Shown: piece after piece, positions 22,249-32,284 of the stretch | Layout of the letters: every line of letters begins with the position of its first letter | Position numbering within the stretch: position 1 is the first letter of the stretch | DNA from: Candidatus Spongiisociaceae bacterium | Lineage (GTDB): Bacteria; Actinomycetota; Acidimicrobiia; Spongiisociales; Spongiisociaceae | Reading direction: 5' to 3' | DNA: 64,000 bases | Assembly: GCA_965219685.1 (NCBI GenBank) | Contig: CBDCOH010000002.1 | Location: 576,001 to 640,000, forward strand | Notes under the pieces: generated by a model | What the model was told of the DNA's origin: nothing | The model's database searches: none | The model's input: only the letters and a program-made list of their open reading frames with translations | Position numbers and translations under genes: made by a program

Positions 22249-23389
22249 ATGGATCGACCTGACCCCCGCTCGCAAATCGATGACCTGCGCGCCCGCCTGT
22301 CGGATGCCAGGAGGTTCCTTTGATGTCGACTCCAAGCACCTGGAACTCGAGGAGCTGAGGGCCAAGGTCGCACGTCCCGACCTTTGGGACGATCCTGATC
22401 GAGCTACCCGGTTGACGCGTCGGCTCGGACATCTCGAGCGCCTGGTGGGCCGGGTGGAGACCATGCAAGGGGAACTGGAAGACGCCGACATACTGGTGGA
22501 ACTCGCCTTGGACGATGGAGACGTCGACACGTTGGGGGAGGTGACCGACGACTTGGTGGCGACGGCGAGGAGGATCTCCGATCTGGAGTTGGAGTCGCTG
22601 TATTTCGGCGGGTACGACGACCATCCGGCCATTCTGAGCGTGCACGCGGGAGCCGGCGGGGTGGATGCCCAGGACTGGGCAGAGATGATGCTCCGGATGT
22701 ACACCCGCTACCTCGCAGGCGCCGGCTTCGACCACGAGATCGACGATGTGCAGCAAGGGGAGGAGGCCGGCATCAAGTCGGCCACGCTCACGGTCGAGGG
22801 GACACACGCCTATGCCACCCTCGAGGGGGAACGGGGCGTGCACCGGCTGGTGCGTATCTCGCCATTCGACTCCAACTCCCGGCGCCACACCTCGTTCGCG
22901 GGAGTCGACGTGATCCCTCTCGTCGAGGATGCCCGGATAGAGATCGATCCGGAGGACTTGCGGATCGACACCTACCGGTCCCAGGGGGCCGGCGGCCAGC
23001 ATGTCAACACGACCGACTCGGCCGTCCGCCTCACGCACCTGCCCACCGGGATAGTGGTCGCCTGCCAGGCGGAACGGTCGCAGATCCAGAACAGGGCCAG
23101 GGCCATGGCCCTGCTGAGGGCCAAGCTGGCGGAACAGGCTCGCATCGAGCGTAGGCGCGAACTGGACGCGATACGGGGTGAGCAGACCGAAGCCGGTTGG
23201 GGGCGCCAGATCCGCTCCTACGTCCTCCAGCCCTACCAGCAGGTCAAGGACCTGAGGACAGGGCTGGAGATAGGCAACGTCCATGGCGTTCTGGACGGCG
23301 ATCTGGGCCGGTTCACCGAGTCATACCTGCACTGGCGTCGAGCCGGCCGGGAGCGGAAGGAGCGTCCAGCGGGGAAAGGCTCCGACTAG
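22249..23389 (+). CDS. prfB: peptide chain release factor 2 with +1 programmed frameshift
   Basis: SPF and GGQ motifs; ATG 22249, 24 codons, then AGGAGG-TTC-CTT-TGA-T slip site (TGA 22321-22323). Confidence 0.95.
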
Positions 23390-23451
23390 CGCCCATGCGT
23401 TGGTAGTCTTCGCGCACCGCATTCCTCGCCAATTCGTGTATCGGAGCGTTC

Positions 23452-24153
23452 ATGATCCGGCTCCAAAAAGTTGCAAAGGTCTACGACGGTGGAATCGTCG
23501 CGCTTCGTGACGTGGAGATGGACGTGAGGCGCGGCGAATTCGTTTTTCTGGTGGGTCCTTCCGGATCGGGGAAGTCGACTCTGATCCGGATGTGCCTCCG
23601 CGAGGAGAAGGTGACGCGGGGCAAGATATGGATAGCGGGCAAGGACATAACCAAGATGCCCGCGTGGAAGGTGCCGTACCTCCGTCGTGGTGTCGGGACC
23701 GTGTTCCAGGACTTCAAGTTGCTACCCACCAAGACGGTGGCGGAGAACGTGGCCTTCGCGCTCAAGGTGACCGGCTGCCCGCGTTCCATCGTTCGGCACC
23801 AGGTACCCCAGGTGCTGGAGTTGGTCGGCCTGTCCGCCAAAGCCGACCGCTACCCGCGCCAGCTGTCGGGTGGTGAGCAGCAGAGGGTCTCGATTGCCAG
23901 GGCATTCGTCAACCGTCCGCCGATCCTGATGGCCGACGAGCCGACCGGTAACCTCGACCCTGCCACGTCGGTCGGGATCATGCGCCTTCTCGACAGGATC
24001 AACCGGACCGGCACGACTGTGATGATGGCGACTCACGACCACGCCATAGTCGACGCCATGCGCCGGCGGGTGGTGCAACTCGACCGCGGCCGGGTGGTGC
24101 GCGACCAGACCGCCTCGGGTTACGAACCGGTCAACGATCCGCTGGAGCCTTAG
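23452..24153 (+). CDS. ftsE: cell division ATP-binding protein FtsE
   Basis: GPSGSGKS, VFQDFKLL, LSGGEQQR, ADEPTGNLD; synteny. Confidence 0.95.
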   Translation: MIRLQKVAKVYDGGIVALRDVEMDVRRGEFVFLVGPSGSGKSTLIRMCLREEKVTRGKIWIAGKDITKMPAWKVPYLRRGVGTVFQDFKLLPTKTVAENVAFALKVTGCPRSIVRHQVPQVLELVGLSAKADRYPRQLSGGEQQRVSIARAFVNRPPILMADEPTGNLDPATSVGIMRLLDRINRTGTTVMMATHDHAIVDAMRRRVVQLDRGRVVRDQTASGYEPVNDPLEP

Positions 24154-24284
24154 TGGCTCACCCTATGCCGCCACTCGATGTATCCGGTTCGGTCCTGGCT
24201 CCGTCCCGCGACGCACGCGAGCCGTCGAGGCGGACGGTCACACGCCATGCCGGCGACGGGCCGTGATATGAAGGACGTCGCAGC

Positions 24285-25157
24285 TTGAGCACCATCCTCT
24301 ACCTGCTTGGCGAGGCGTTCATAAACCTGCGCCGCAACGTGCTGGTCGCCACGGGAGCGGTTCTGGCGGTGTTCGTCTCGCTCGCCCTCGCCTTCGGGGC
24401 GCTGGTCTTCAACGAGTTGGTGCGGGTCAACACGTTGCAATGGCAGGCGGGTGACCACCTGATCATATTCCTCAAGGACGAGGGTGGCCCGGTGGCTCAC
24501 AACGACCTCCTCGAACAGATCCAGGGCTACGAGGAGGTGGAGCGTGCCTGGTACCTGGACAAGGCCGGCGCATACCAGGAGTTCCAGCAGATGTACAGCG
24601 ATCAACCGGCTCTCGCGGCCACCGTTTCGGCCGCCGACCTGCCGGCATCCATCAGGGTCGAACTCAAGGATGTATCGGCCTACCAGGAGGTTCAGTTCAG
24701 GCTGGTGGGACATCCCCTCCTGAGGAGGCTGTCGGTGTTCAGCGAGGGCATAGAGCGGCTCATGAGCCTCACTCAGGTGCTCAACTCGATCGGCATCGGC
24801 CTGGTGACGATCCTGGGGGCGGCTGCCGTGGTGCTGATCGCCAACACCATCCGGATGGCTATCTACGCCCGGAGGGAGGAGATAGCCATCATGAAGCTGG
24901 TGGGCGCGGGGAACTGGTTCATCCGGGTTCCGTTCATCCTGGAGGGGATCACGGTGGGGCTGCTGGGAGGGGCCCTCGCGGTGGCGGCCATCTACGGAAG
25001 CCACCAACTGCTGGCGAGGATTCCGACCGACATACTGATCCGCTTCCAGGTCGAGTCGGACTTCCTGTTCAGCCGCGGCGTCATGATCCTCTGTTTCGGG
25101 TCTATAGCGGGATTCGTCGGTAGCAGCCTGGGCCTGCGACGGTTCCTGAGGGTGTGA
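24285..25157 (+). CDS. ftsX: cell division permease FtsX
   Basis: 4 TM helices; NTIRMAIYARREEIAIMKLVGA..WFIRVPF.LEG. Confidence 0.93.
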   Translation: MSTILYLLGEAFINLRRNVLVATGAVLAVFVSLALAFGALVFNELVRVNTLQWQAGDHLIIFLKDEGGPVAHNDLLEQIQGYEEVERAWYLDKAGAYQEFQQMYSDQPALAATVSAADLPASIRVELKDVSAYQEVQFRLVGHPLLRRLSVFSEGIERLMSLTQVLNSIGIGLVTILGAAAVVLIANTIRMAIYARREEIAIMKLVGAGNWFIRVPFILEGITVGLLGGALAVAAIYGSHQLLARIPTDILIRFQVESDFLFSRGVMILCFGSIAGFVGSSLGLRRFLRV

Positions 25158-25160
25158 CCG

Positions 25161-26360
25161 GTGCGCCGGCGGCTGCTGGTGGGATGCTCGGTCGCGCTAA
25201 TGCTCACGGCGTCGATCCTTCCCTCGGGGGTCGATGCCCAGCAGGAGGAGGGGAAGCTGGAGCGGGTGGAGCAGCGGATCCGGGACCTGCGTGGCCAACT
25301 CACGTCCGCCGAGTCGGAGCGCACCAGCTATGTGGTGGCGCTGGAGGAGGCGGAAGCCCGGATGATCGAGGTCAGGCGGGAGCTTTCCGACGCGGAGGTG
25401 GCTCTGATCGAGGCAGAGGGGGCGGTGCTGCTGGTCGAGGACGCGGTTGGAAGCCTCCTGCGCAGGATCCGCCTGCTGGACGCCGAGCTTGCTGCCAACC
25501 GGCTCGACCAGCGGCTCACCCGCGAACAGATACGCGAGCACGCGGTCGAGCTGTACATGAGTTCAACCTCGGGCATCGAGACGGTGCTCTTCGGTTCCGA
25601 GGACCTCAAGGCCAGCGTGATCACCCTTGAGTACAACCGGGGCCTCCTGCAGAACACCGAGGTGCTGCTGTCATCCCTCGAGATACTGGAACGCCAGGAG
25701 GTCACCCGCCAGGATCGTCTGAGGGACGAACAGGAACAGGAAGCCCTCCTCTTGCAGGAGTTCGAGGCTCAACTGGTCCAGGCCGAGGAGCACAAGGCGA
25801 CGGTCGAGGCCGCCCGGGAGGAGTTGGACCTTCAGATAGCCGGACTCGAGTCGCTCCTGGCCGAGATCGACCGAGAGATCGAAGAGTGGTCGGGCCACAT
25901 CGACGCGCTGGAAGCGGAGTCGAAGAGACTCGAATTGGAGATCCTCAGACGCCAGGTCAGGGAGGGAAGACGACCCGGGACCCTGGCCTGGCCGGTCGGC
26001 GGGCCGGTAACGTCGCCGTTCGGGTGGCGGATCCACCCCATATTCGGCGATAGAAGGCTGCACACCGGAATCGACCTGGGGTCGGCTGCCGGCGCGTCCA
26101 TCCATGCCGCGGGAAACGGGACGGTGATACTGGCCGGGAGCTGGGGGGGCTACGGTCGCACCGTAGTGATTGACCACGGCGGCGGCCTCTCCTCCCTGTA
26201 TGCGCACCAGTCCTCGATCGCCGTCTCGGAAGGCCAGAGGGTGCTGGCAGGTGACGTGATCGGTTACATCGGATGTACCGGATTCTGCACCGGGCCCCAC
26301 CTCCACTTCGAGGTCCGCGAAGTCGGGGCTCCGGTTGATCCCATGCTCTGGCTACCGTGA
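25161..26360 (+). CDS. coiled-coil M23 peptidase (EnvC-like)
   Basis: Signal peptide, long coiled coil, HTGID, YAH, GPHLHFE. Confidence 0.88.
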   Translation: MRRRLLVGCSVALMLTASILPSGVDAQQEEGKLERVEQRIRDLRGQLTSAESERTSYVVALEEAEARMIEVRRELSDAEVALIEAEGAVLLVEDAVGSLLRRIRLLDAELAANRLDQRLTREQIREHAVELYMSSTSGIETVLFGSEDLKASVITLEYNRGLLQNTEVLLSSLEILERQEVTRQDRLRDEQEQEALLLQEFEAQLVQAEEHKATVEAAREELDLQIAGLESLLAEIDREIEEWSGHIDALEAESKRLELEILRRQVREGRRPGTLAWPVGGPVTSPFGWRIHPIFGDRRLHTGIDLGSAAGASIHAAGNGTVILAGSWGGYGRTVVIDHGGGLSSLYAHQSSIAVSEGQRVLAGDVIGYIGCTGFCTGPHLHFEVREVGAPVDPMLWLP

Positions 26361-26388
26361 TGAGGCCCTCCGTGGGGATTGACCGCAC

Positions 26389-26865
26389 GTGAGCCCGCCG
26401 AAGGGCCGCGCGCCCGCGATCGCCACGAACCGGCGAGCCCGGTTCGACTTCGTCTTCGAGGACGAGTACGAGGCGGGGATCGTGCTGACCGGATCGGAGG
26501 TCAAGAGCCTCCGGGCCGGCCAAGCGCAGTTGAAGGAGGCATACGGTCTGGTCAGGGATGGGGAAGTGTGGCTGTTGGGTATGCACATAGCTCCCTACAA
26601 GATGGCGCGTGACGGCGGCCACGAGCCGACCCGAGACCGGAAGCTGCTGCTCCACGCCGGCGAGATAGCCCGCATCACGCGGAGGGTCCAGGAACGCGGC
26701 CTAGCCCTAGTGCCCATCCGGATGTACTGGAAGAACGGGCGGGCCAAGGTTCTGCTGGGCGTCGGCCGCGGTGCTCGCCGATACGACAAGCGCCAGAAGA
26801 TCCGGACACGGGTCATGCGGCGGGAAGCGGAACAGGCGATGCGGAGGGATTACCGTTCACGCTGA
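26389..26865 (+). CDS. smpB: SsrA-binding protein
   Basis: NRRARFD, EAGIVLTGSEVKSLR, RKLLLH, YDKR. Confidence 0.97.
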   Translation: MSPPKGRAPAIATNRRARFDFVFEDEYEAGIVLTGSEVKSLRAGQAQLKEAYGLVRDGEVWLLGMHIAPYKMARDGGHEPTRDRKLLLHAGEIARITRRVQERGLALVPIRMYWKNGRAKVLLGVGRGARRYDKRQKIRTRVMRREAEQAMRRDYRSR

Positions 26866-26945
26866 CCTTCCGCAGACTTCGCACGGATGACTCCGGCGGA
26901 CCCGATGTCATCCGTTTGCTGTAGAATGGTGAACAAACCCATTAG

Positions 26946-27298
26946 GGGGGTGAACTGGATTCGACGTCGATAGCCAAGGTGTCGGAAGCGAGCCGAGGCC
27001 ACCGGAGTCCTCGTTAAACAGCCGGTAACAACCATAAGTGCCAGACCAAACCTTGCACTGGCTGCCTAGATAGACAGCCCGTCCGCCTAGGGGGTTCCTG
27101 CCCCCCCAGTCCGGGCGTCGTTCAGCAGGATGGACTCTCCGGGATTCCCGGACCGGAGACTCGAGACTAATTCGGGATCAGGGCGGCCGGTCGCTCGCCG
27201 ATGGAGTCCGGCCTCCCGAAAGCTCGCCGTCGGCTGCGCTCGGAGATGCCGATGCTGAGGTATCGACGGACCGGGGTTCGATTCCCCGCACCTCCACC
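26946..27298 (+). ncRNA. ssrA: tmRNA; tag reading frame 27040-27069 (A)ARPNLALAA
   Basis: GGGGGTG..GGATTCGAC 5' end, T-arm GGTTCGATTCC, acceptor CACCTCC-A; TAGAAT -10 at 26922-26927; next to smpB. Confidence 0.96.
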
Positions 27299-27377
27299 CA
27301 TGAGCGGGTTCAAGAGCCGTTCTTGCCGTCGCCTGTCCAACGTGTGGCACCTCCCACAGTGAGGTAGCGCCACCGAA

Positions 27378-27484
27378 ACCTGACCACCCCTCACCAAGTG
27401 CAACTCGCAGCCAAGTGAGGGGGCTGTGACTCGTGCTGAGAAGTTGATTAGACCGCTCGGCCGCTTGGTGAGGGGTTGTCAGGT
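27378..27484. repeat. 107-bp element bounded by 23-bp inverted repeats (21/23 match)
   Basis: 27378-27400 ACCTGACCACCCCTCACCAAGTG versus the reverse complement of 27462-27484. Confidence 0.75.
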
Positions 27485-27721
27485 ACCGCAGTTTCGAGCT
27501 TGTTCACAAGAAAGTGCAGTGCGGTGACGGTATCCACCTGCCTCCATATTGTCAAGCTATCTTCATCCCGCGGTGACCCCTACCTGCAGGTCTATTCATT
27601 GCATGCGCGGCATCGGCTGCGACCGTCGTGTCCCCGGAGGGAGCGGGCCGCAGCCCGGATCGATCCTCTAGGCACCAAGGCGGGGGCGGCCTTCCGCCGG
27701 TTGGCGGATCAGAGGACGGGG

Positions 27722-29176
27722 CTATGCACGTGGTCCATTCGGGGCGCCCTCAGTCGAGGCGGGTGTTTGATCGCTTGGGGGAAGGTGGATGGTTACGGTT
27801 GCGCCCTGGCCAGGTCCGTCGCTCGCTGCGGTCACGGTTCCCCCATGAGTTTCCACGGTGGCTCGGGTGATTGCCAAGCCCAGACCCGTGCCTCCTCGTC
27901 CGTAGTTGCGGGACCGCTCGGTGCGGTAGAAGCGGTCGAACACGTGTGGAAGGTCGGCGGCAGGGATGCCGATTCCGTCATCGGTGACCGATATGGCCAG
28001 CGTTTCGTCGCTGTCCGGCGAGGCCAGAATCGTGATGTGCCCTCCGGGCTCGGTGCAACGGATGGCGTTGCTGATCACGTTCCCCAGGGCTTGGCTCATC
28101 CGCATCCTGTCGATTTGCACGTCCGGCAGGTCGGGTGGTATCTGCAGGGACAGGTCGACCTGCCGGGCGAGGCAAAGCGGCTGCCATCGGTCCGCCTCCG
28201 TGGTTAGCAGGTCCTCGACCTGGGTTGGTTCTAGCGTGAGCCTAAGCTCACCGTGGTCGGTCTCGGCAAGCCAGTCCAGGTCGGTCACGAGACCCCGCAG
28301 CCGGTCCACCTCCTGGATGATGTGGTCGGAGGCTTTCTCAGCGGTCTGGAGACCGTCGCGCAGTCCTCTCGCCTCCAGTTGTATCACGCTCAGCGGCGTG
28401 TTCAACTCGTGGGAGAGGTCGTTTATCAGCCGTCGGCGCAGTTCGCGCTGGTTTTGGAGGGTGGACGTCATCCGGTTGAACGCCTTGCTCATCCGTCCCA
28501 GCTCATCGGCGGACGTAACCGGCAACCGGGCTGTGTCCCCCCGGGCGATCGCTTGTGTTGCCTCCGTCAGGGCCGTCACCGGCCGGGTGATCCGTTTGGA
28601 CAACCAGGCGGCCAGCAGCATGGCGACACCGGCAGTCAGCACTCCGCCTACCGCGGTGATGGACAGGAGTGTGTCGAGAAACCCGTGCGACTCGGTGGAC
28701 AGGAATTCCTGGTTCACATCCACGTAGATGTGGCCTACGGGCCGGTTCGCGGTCGCATCGAACACCGTCTCCCGGTGCCCTTGCAGACCGTTCGCGACCG
28801 TTCCTGACGGTAGCTCGGAGAGGTTGTCCTTCACCACTCGTCCGTCGATGTCGACGACGACGACTCGGACCTGGTCTTGGTGAAACGACTCGGCGTGCTC
28901 GGCTTCGATTCTCTCCGACCGCTCCCCCGGCGGAGTTCGCTCGTACAGGTACCCGGCCTCCGACAGTGCCGAATCCACCCTTCCCCAACCACCTGCAGCC
29001 GTGTACTCGCTGCTCACCAACCGGGCCATCCGGACCGCCTCTTCGCCACCTATCCGGTCCACGAACACACCCAGGCGGGACTGCGTGGCGTAGTAGCCCA
29101 CGCCAACGCCGGCCAGAACGGTCAGGACCACCACCAGCACGATCGAAGCCATGATCCGCCGGTGGAGTGACATCAC
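27722..29176 (-). CDS. HAMP-domain sensor histidine kinase (BaeS-like)
   Basis: 2 TM helices, HAMP, SHELNTPL H-box, N box, DDGIGI, FDRFYR, GTGLGL. Confidence 0.93.
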   Translation of the reverse strand: MMSLHRRIMASIVLVVVLTVLAGVGVGYYATQSRLGVFVDRIGGEEAVRMARLVSSEYTAAGGWGRVDSALSEAGYLYERTPPGERSERIEAEHAESFHQDQVRVVVVDIDGRVVKDNLSELPSGTVANGLQGHRETVFDATANRPVGHIYVDVNQEFLSTESHGFLDTLLSITAVGGVLTAGVAMLLAAWLSKRITRPVTALTEATQAIARGDTARLPVTSADELGRMSKAFNRMTSTLQNQRELRRRLINDLSHELNTPLSVIQLEARGLRDGLQTAEKASDHIIQEVDRLRGLVTDLDWLAETDHGELRLTLEPTQVEDLLTTEADRWQPLCLARQVDLSLQIPPDLPDVQIDRMRMSQALGNVISNAIRCTEPGGHITILASPDSDETLAISVTDDGIGIPAADLPHVFDRFYRTERSRNYGRGGTGLGLAITRATVETHGGTVTAASDGPGQGATVTIHLPPSDQTPASTEGAPNGPRA

Positions 29177-29850
29177 TCGTCCTCGACTACGAACTTGTAG
29201 CCGGCGCCGTAGACCGTCCGGATGGGCTGGCCTGCGGCCCGGCCGATCTTCTTGCGCAGCCGGGCGATCTGGCTGTCTATCGCGCGATCGTAGCCATCGA
29301 AGTCATAGCCGAACGTCAGCGAGATCAGCTGGTACCGGGTGAGGACCTGGTTGGGATGGTGCATGAACGTGGACAACAGAGCCAGCTGCGCCTGGGTCAG
29401 TTCCACGGGCGTTTCATCGACCGTCACGCTCCGGGTGGTCTCATTCAGAGTGATACTCCCCCGAGTCACGACCTGCTGGACTCTGTCCCTGACGCGGCGG
29501 AGCACCGCTCTGGCGCGCGCCACGACTTCGTCAGGATCGAAGGGCTTGATGATGTAATCGTCGGCTCCGCTATCCAGTCCGATGATCCGCTCGGCGGGGG
29601 TTTCCCTGGCTGTCAGCATGATTATCGGAATGGCGGACTCGCGACGCAGGATCCTGCACACCTCCACCCCATCCAGACGGGGCAGGGTGAGATCGAGGAT
29701 CACCAGGTCCGGTATGAGACGACGGGCCAGCGTCAGGCCGGTCTCGCCATCGAGAGCGACCTCAGCGGAGAATCCGGCCCGCTCCAGATACACCTTGACC
29801 CAATTCGCGATCCTCTCGTTGTCCTCGACGATCAATACCATGCCGCTCAT
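29173..29850 (-). CDS. OmpR family response regulator
   Basis: LIVED, ILDLTLP, GADDYIIKPF, winged-helix IRTVYGAGY; start ATG 29850. Confidence 0.94.
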   Translation of the reverse strand: MSGMVLIVEDNERIANWVKVYLERAGFSAEVALDGETGLTLARRLIPDLVILDLTLPRLDGVEVCRILRRESAIPIIMLTARETPAERIIGLDSGADDYIIKPFDPDEVVARARAVLRRVRDRVQQVVTRGSITLNETTRSVTVDETPVELTQAQLALLSTFMHHPNQVLTRYQLISLTFGYDFDGYDRAIDSQIARLRKKIGRAAGQPIRTVYGAGYKFVVEDE

Positions 29851-29965
29851 CGCCACCCTCACAGGGCCGTCCGGGGGGCGATCCACGTGCGGGCACCGGA
29901 CGAACCCCCCGGACAGCTTAAGCCCCGGGCTTCCATGTCTTCTCTCAGGTCGATTCCGTTTGGCC

Positions 29966-31384
29966 TTATCCTGATCCTCCCTCGCCGCCACTGCCGTGTT
30001 CACCGCCCGACTCACCTTCGCCGGCGTGCTCCCCGCCGGATTCGCCTCCGCCGACCTCGGCGTGGGGGATCCATCCGGTGAACGGTTCCGGTGTCGCTGC
30101 CAGGTCGACCGCCAGCACCTCACCCGGCGCCATGTCAACCGGGGTGGTAGGACCGAGCTCCGTCCCGTTCGAGAGGTGCACCTCGATCCTGACGCGGGTC
30201 AGGACGCTGCCGGTGGTGTTCTCCACCGTGCCCCGGAAGGAATTGCTCGCAGCGTCGTAGCCGAGGATCAGCCGGGCCCCGGCGCGAACCTGGTCGAAGG
30301 TCTCATCCAGGCCCAGGTTGGTGCCGCCGGCCTCCTCGCCACCAGACCTGGAGCCTTCGCTGCCGACGCCTTCGCCACCCGGATCGTGTCCCTCGCCGCC
30401 AGCGCCTTCGACACCGCTGCCCTCGGTGCCTTCTCCTCCCGTGTGAGGCACGGGGCCGGTGCCACCGCAGTCGAATACTTCCATGTGTATGACGTATCCG
30501 TCGTAGGAAACTCCCGTCATGGCCGGCTCACCGGTGACCACGAGGCTGGACGTTGCTTCCTCTCCGGGGCTGAGATGGCCCATCATGTCGGGACCGAGTT
30601 CCCCCACCGTGGTACTGCCTGACTTCATGTGAGGTTCGGCCTGCACGTAGCATAGGACCTGCGACAGCGTGTTCCGGACCGTTGTGTGGATGGTCTGGGT
30701 CGCGGCGTCGTAGCGGGCCGAGACAGCCAGCCCACCGAGGACGCCGTCCCACGCCTGCCCGAGAGGAGTGACCGGGCTGGACATGGCGGCCTCACCGATC
30801 TCGTCACCACCCTCAGGGCCCTCGCTGCCACTCTCGCCGCTTCCTTCGGCGCCGGATTCGCCGCCTACGGACTCGCTGCCTTCGCCGCCGCCGGCTTCAC
30901 CGCCGCCGACCTCGGCGTGCGGTATCCATCCGGTGAACGGTTCCGGTGTCGCTGCCAGGTCGACTGCCAGCACCTCACCCGGCGCCATGTCAACCGGGGT
31001 GGTAGGACCGAGCTCCGTCCCGTTCGAGAGGTGCACCTCGATCCTGACGCGGGTCAGGACGCTGCCGGTGGTGTTCTCCACCGTGCCCCGGAAGGAATTG
31101 CTCGCAGCGTCGTAGCCGAGGATCAGCCGGGCCCCGGCGCGAACCTGGTCGAAGGTCTCATCCAGGCCCAGGTTGGCGCCGCCGGCCTCCTCGCCGCCGG
31201 CCCCGGAGCTTTCTCCGCCGCCCTCGCCCAATTCGCCGGCGGCGCCATGTTCGCCACCGCCGGATTCCAGACCATCCGAGACCTCGGTGCCGGGCCCGCA
31301 GGCCATCAGCACTCCCGCGGCGAGCACAGTCGCCGCTACGGCCCCAATCATGGAGGTCTTGGATATCAGCAGTTTCTGCCTCAT
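29966..31384 (-). CDS. lipoprotein with duplicated FxLYD-like beta domain and Gly/Glu-rich linkers
   Basis: Lipobox LMAC; two near-identical ~97-aa domains (GTVENTT...RIEVHL) flanking a related central domain. Confidence 0.75.
   Translation of the reverse strand: MRQKLLISKTSMIGAVAATVLAAGVLMACGPGTEVSDGLESGGGEHGAAGELGEGGGESSGAGGEEAGGANLGLDETFDQVRAGARLILGYDAASNSFRGTVENTTGSVLTRVRIEVHLSNGTELGPTTPVDMAPGEVLAVDLAATPEPFTGWIPHAEVGGGEAGGGEGSESVGGESGAEGSGESGSEGPEGGDEIGEAAMSSPVTPLGQAWDGVLGGLAVSARYDAATQTIHTTVRNTLSQVLCYVQAEPHMKSGSTTVGELGPDMMGHLSPGEEATSSLVVTGEPAMTGVSYDGYVIHMEVFDCGGTGPVPHTGGEGTEGSGVEGAGGEGHDPGGEGVGSEGSRSGGEEAGGTNLGLDETFDQVRAGARLILGYDAASNSFRGTVENTTGSVLTRVRIEVHLSNGTELGPTTPVDMAPGEVLAVDLAATPEPFTGWIPHAEVGGGESGGEHAGEGESGGEHGSGGEGGSG
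30048..31195. repeat. intragenic direct repeat, 293 bp x2 (30048-30340 and 30903-31195)
   Basis: Offset 855 bp; about 4 substitutions by eye. Confidence 0.9.
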
Positions 31385-31636
31385 CCTTTCACTCCCTTCG
31401 TGTGAGATTGATGTGACACCCTGAAGTTTGGAAAAGAAACATGGCCGAAATATGTCAGCGGCACGGACCTCGATCTGGGTGGGCTCCACTAGTAGGGTTG
31501 GCCCCGCCCCCACGTCCGTCCCCGTAGCGCCGGGGCGGCGGACGGTCTTGTTCGATTGCCCGCACCCGCCCCTGCCGAACGACCGGGCTGGACTCTTAGT
31601 CGTTGCGCGCCTTGTGATGAAGGGAAGGAGGCCACC

Positions 31637-32284
31637 ATCCCGGTCGATTTCAAGCTGGCCCGGCTCCGGCAGGATTACGAGACCGAGGGTCTGTCCCTGG
31701 CGAGCCTCGATCCGGATCCGATCAGCCAGTTCAGCCGGTGGATGGACGAGGCGGTAGAGGCTGGCGTGTCGCAGGCCAACGCGATGACGCTGGCCACCGC
31801 CGACGGCCGGGGAAGGCCTTCGGCGAGGGCGGTGTTGCTGAAGGGGTACGACTCTTCCGGTTTCGTCTTCTACACCAACCTGGAGAGTCGCAAGTCACGG
31901 GAGATCGACGCCAACCCGCAGGCGGCCCTTTGCATCGTGTGGGTCGACCTCCATCGACAGGTGCGGATCGAAGGGTCCGTGGAACGGGTTGGCGAGCGGA
32001 CCGCGGATGATTACTTCGCGTCCCGCCCGCGGGAGGCTCAGATCGCGGCTGCTGCGTCCCCGCAGAGCAGGGTGGTGCGTGACCGCGTGGCTCTGGAAGA
32101 CCTGGTTGACCAGCGGAGGGTCGAGTACGGAGAGGCGACCATCCCCAGACCGCCGCACTGGGGCGGCTACAAGGTGTGCCCGGAGCGGATCGAGTTCTGG
32201 CAGGGGCGGCGCCATCGCCTGCACGATCGCATCGTCTACCGGGCCGACGGCGGATCCTGGCGGAGGGAGCGTCTGGCGCCGTGA
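31637..32284 (+). CDS. pdxH: pyridoxamine 5'-phosphate oxidase (start uncertain: ATC 31637 or TTG 31556)
   Basis: NAMTLAT, R.VLLK, FYTN.ESRK, RQVRIEG, YFASRP, EFWQG...RLHDR, RLAP. Confidence 0.93.
   Translation: MPVDFKLARLRQDYETEGLSLASLDPDPISQFSRWMDEAVEAGVSQANAMTLATADGRGRPSARAVLLKGYDSSGFVFYTNLESRKSREIDANPQAALCIVWVDLHRQVRIEGSVERVGERTADDYFASRPREAQIAAAASPQSRVVRDRVALEDLVDQRRVEYGEATIPRPPHWGGYKVCPERIEFWQGRRHRLHDRIVYRADGGSWRRERLAP

Noticed and set aside
22130-22320. ORF-track start of prfB at 22130
   Set aside because: It begins inside the IS end and runs through repeats; ATG 22249 plus the +1 frameshift explains the gene better.
27300-31560. Integrative element or prophage at the tmRNA 3' end
   Set aside because: No integrase next to ssrA and no duplicated tmRNA 3' end (att) found by eye.
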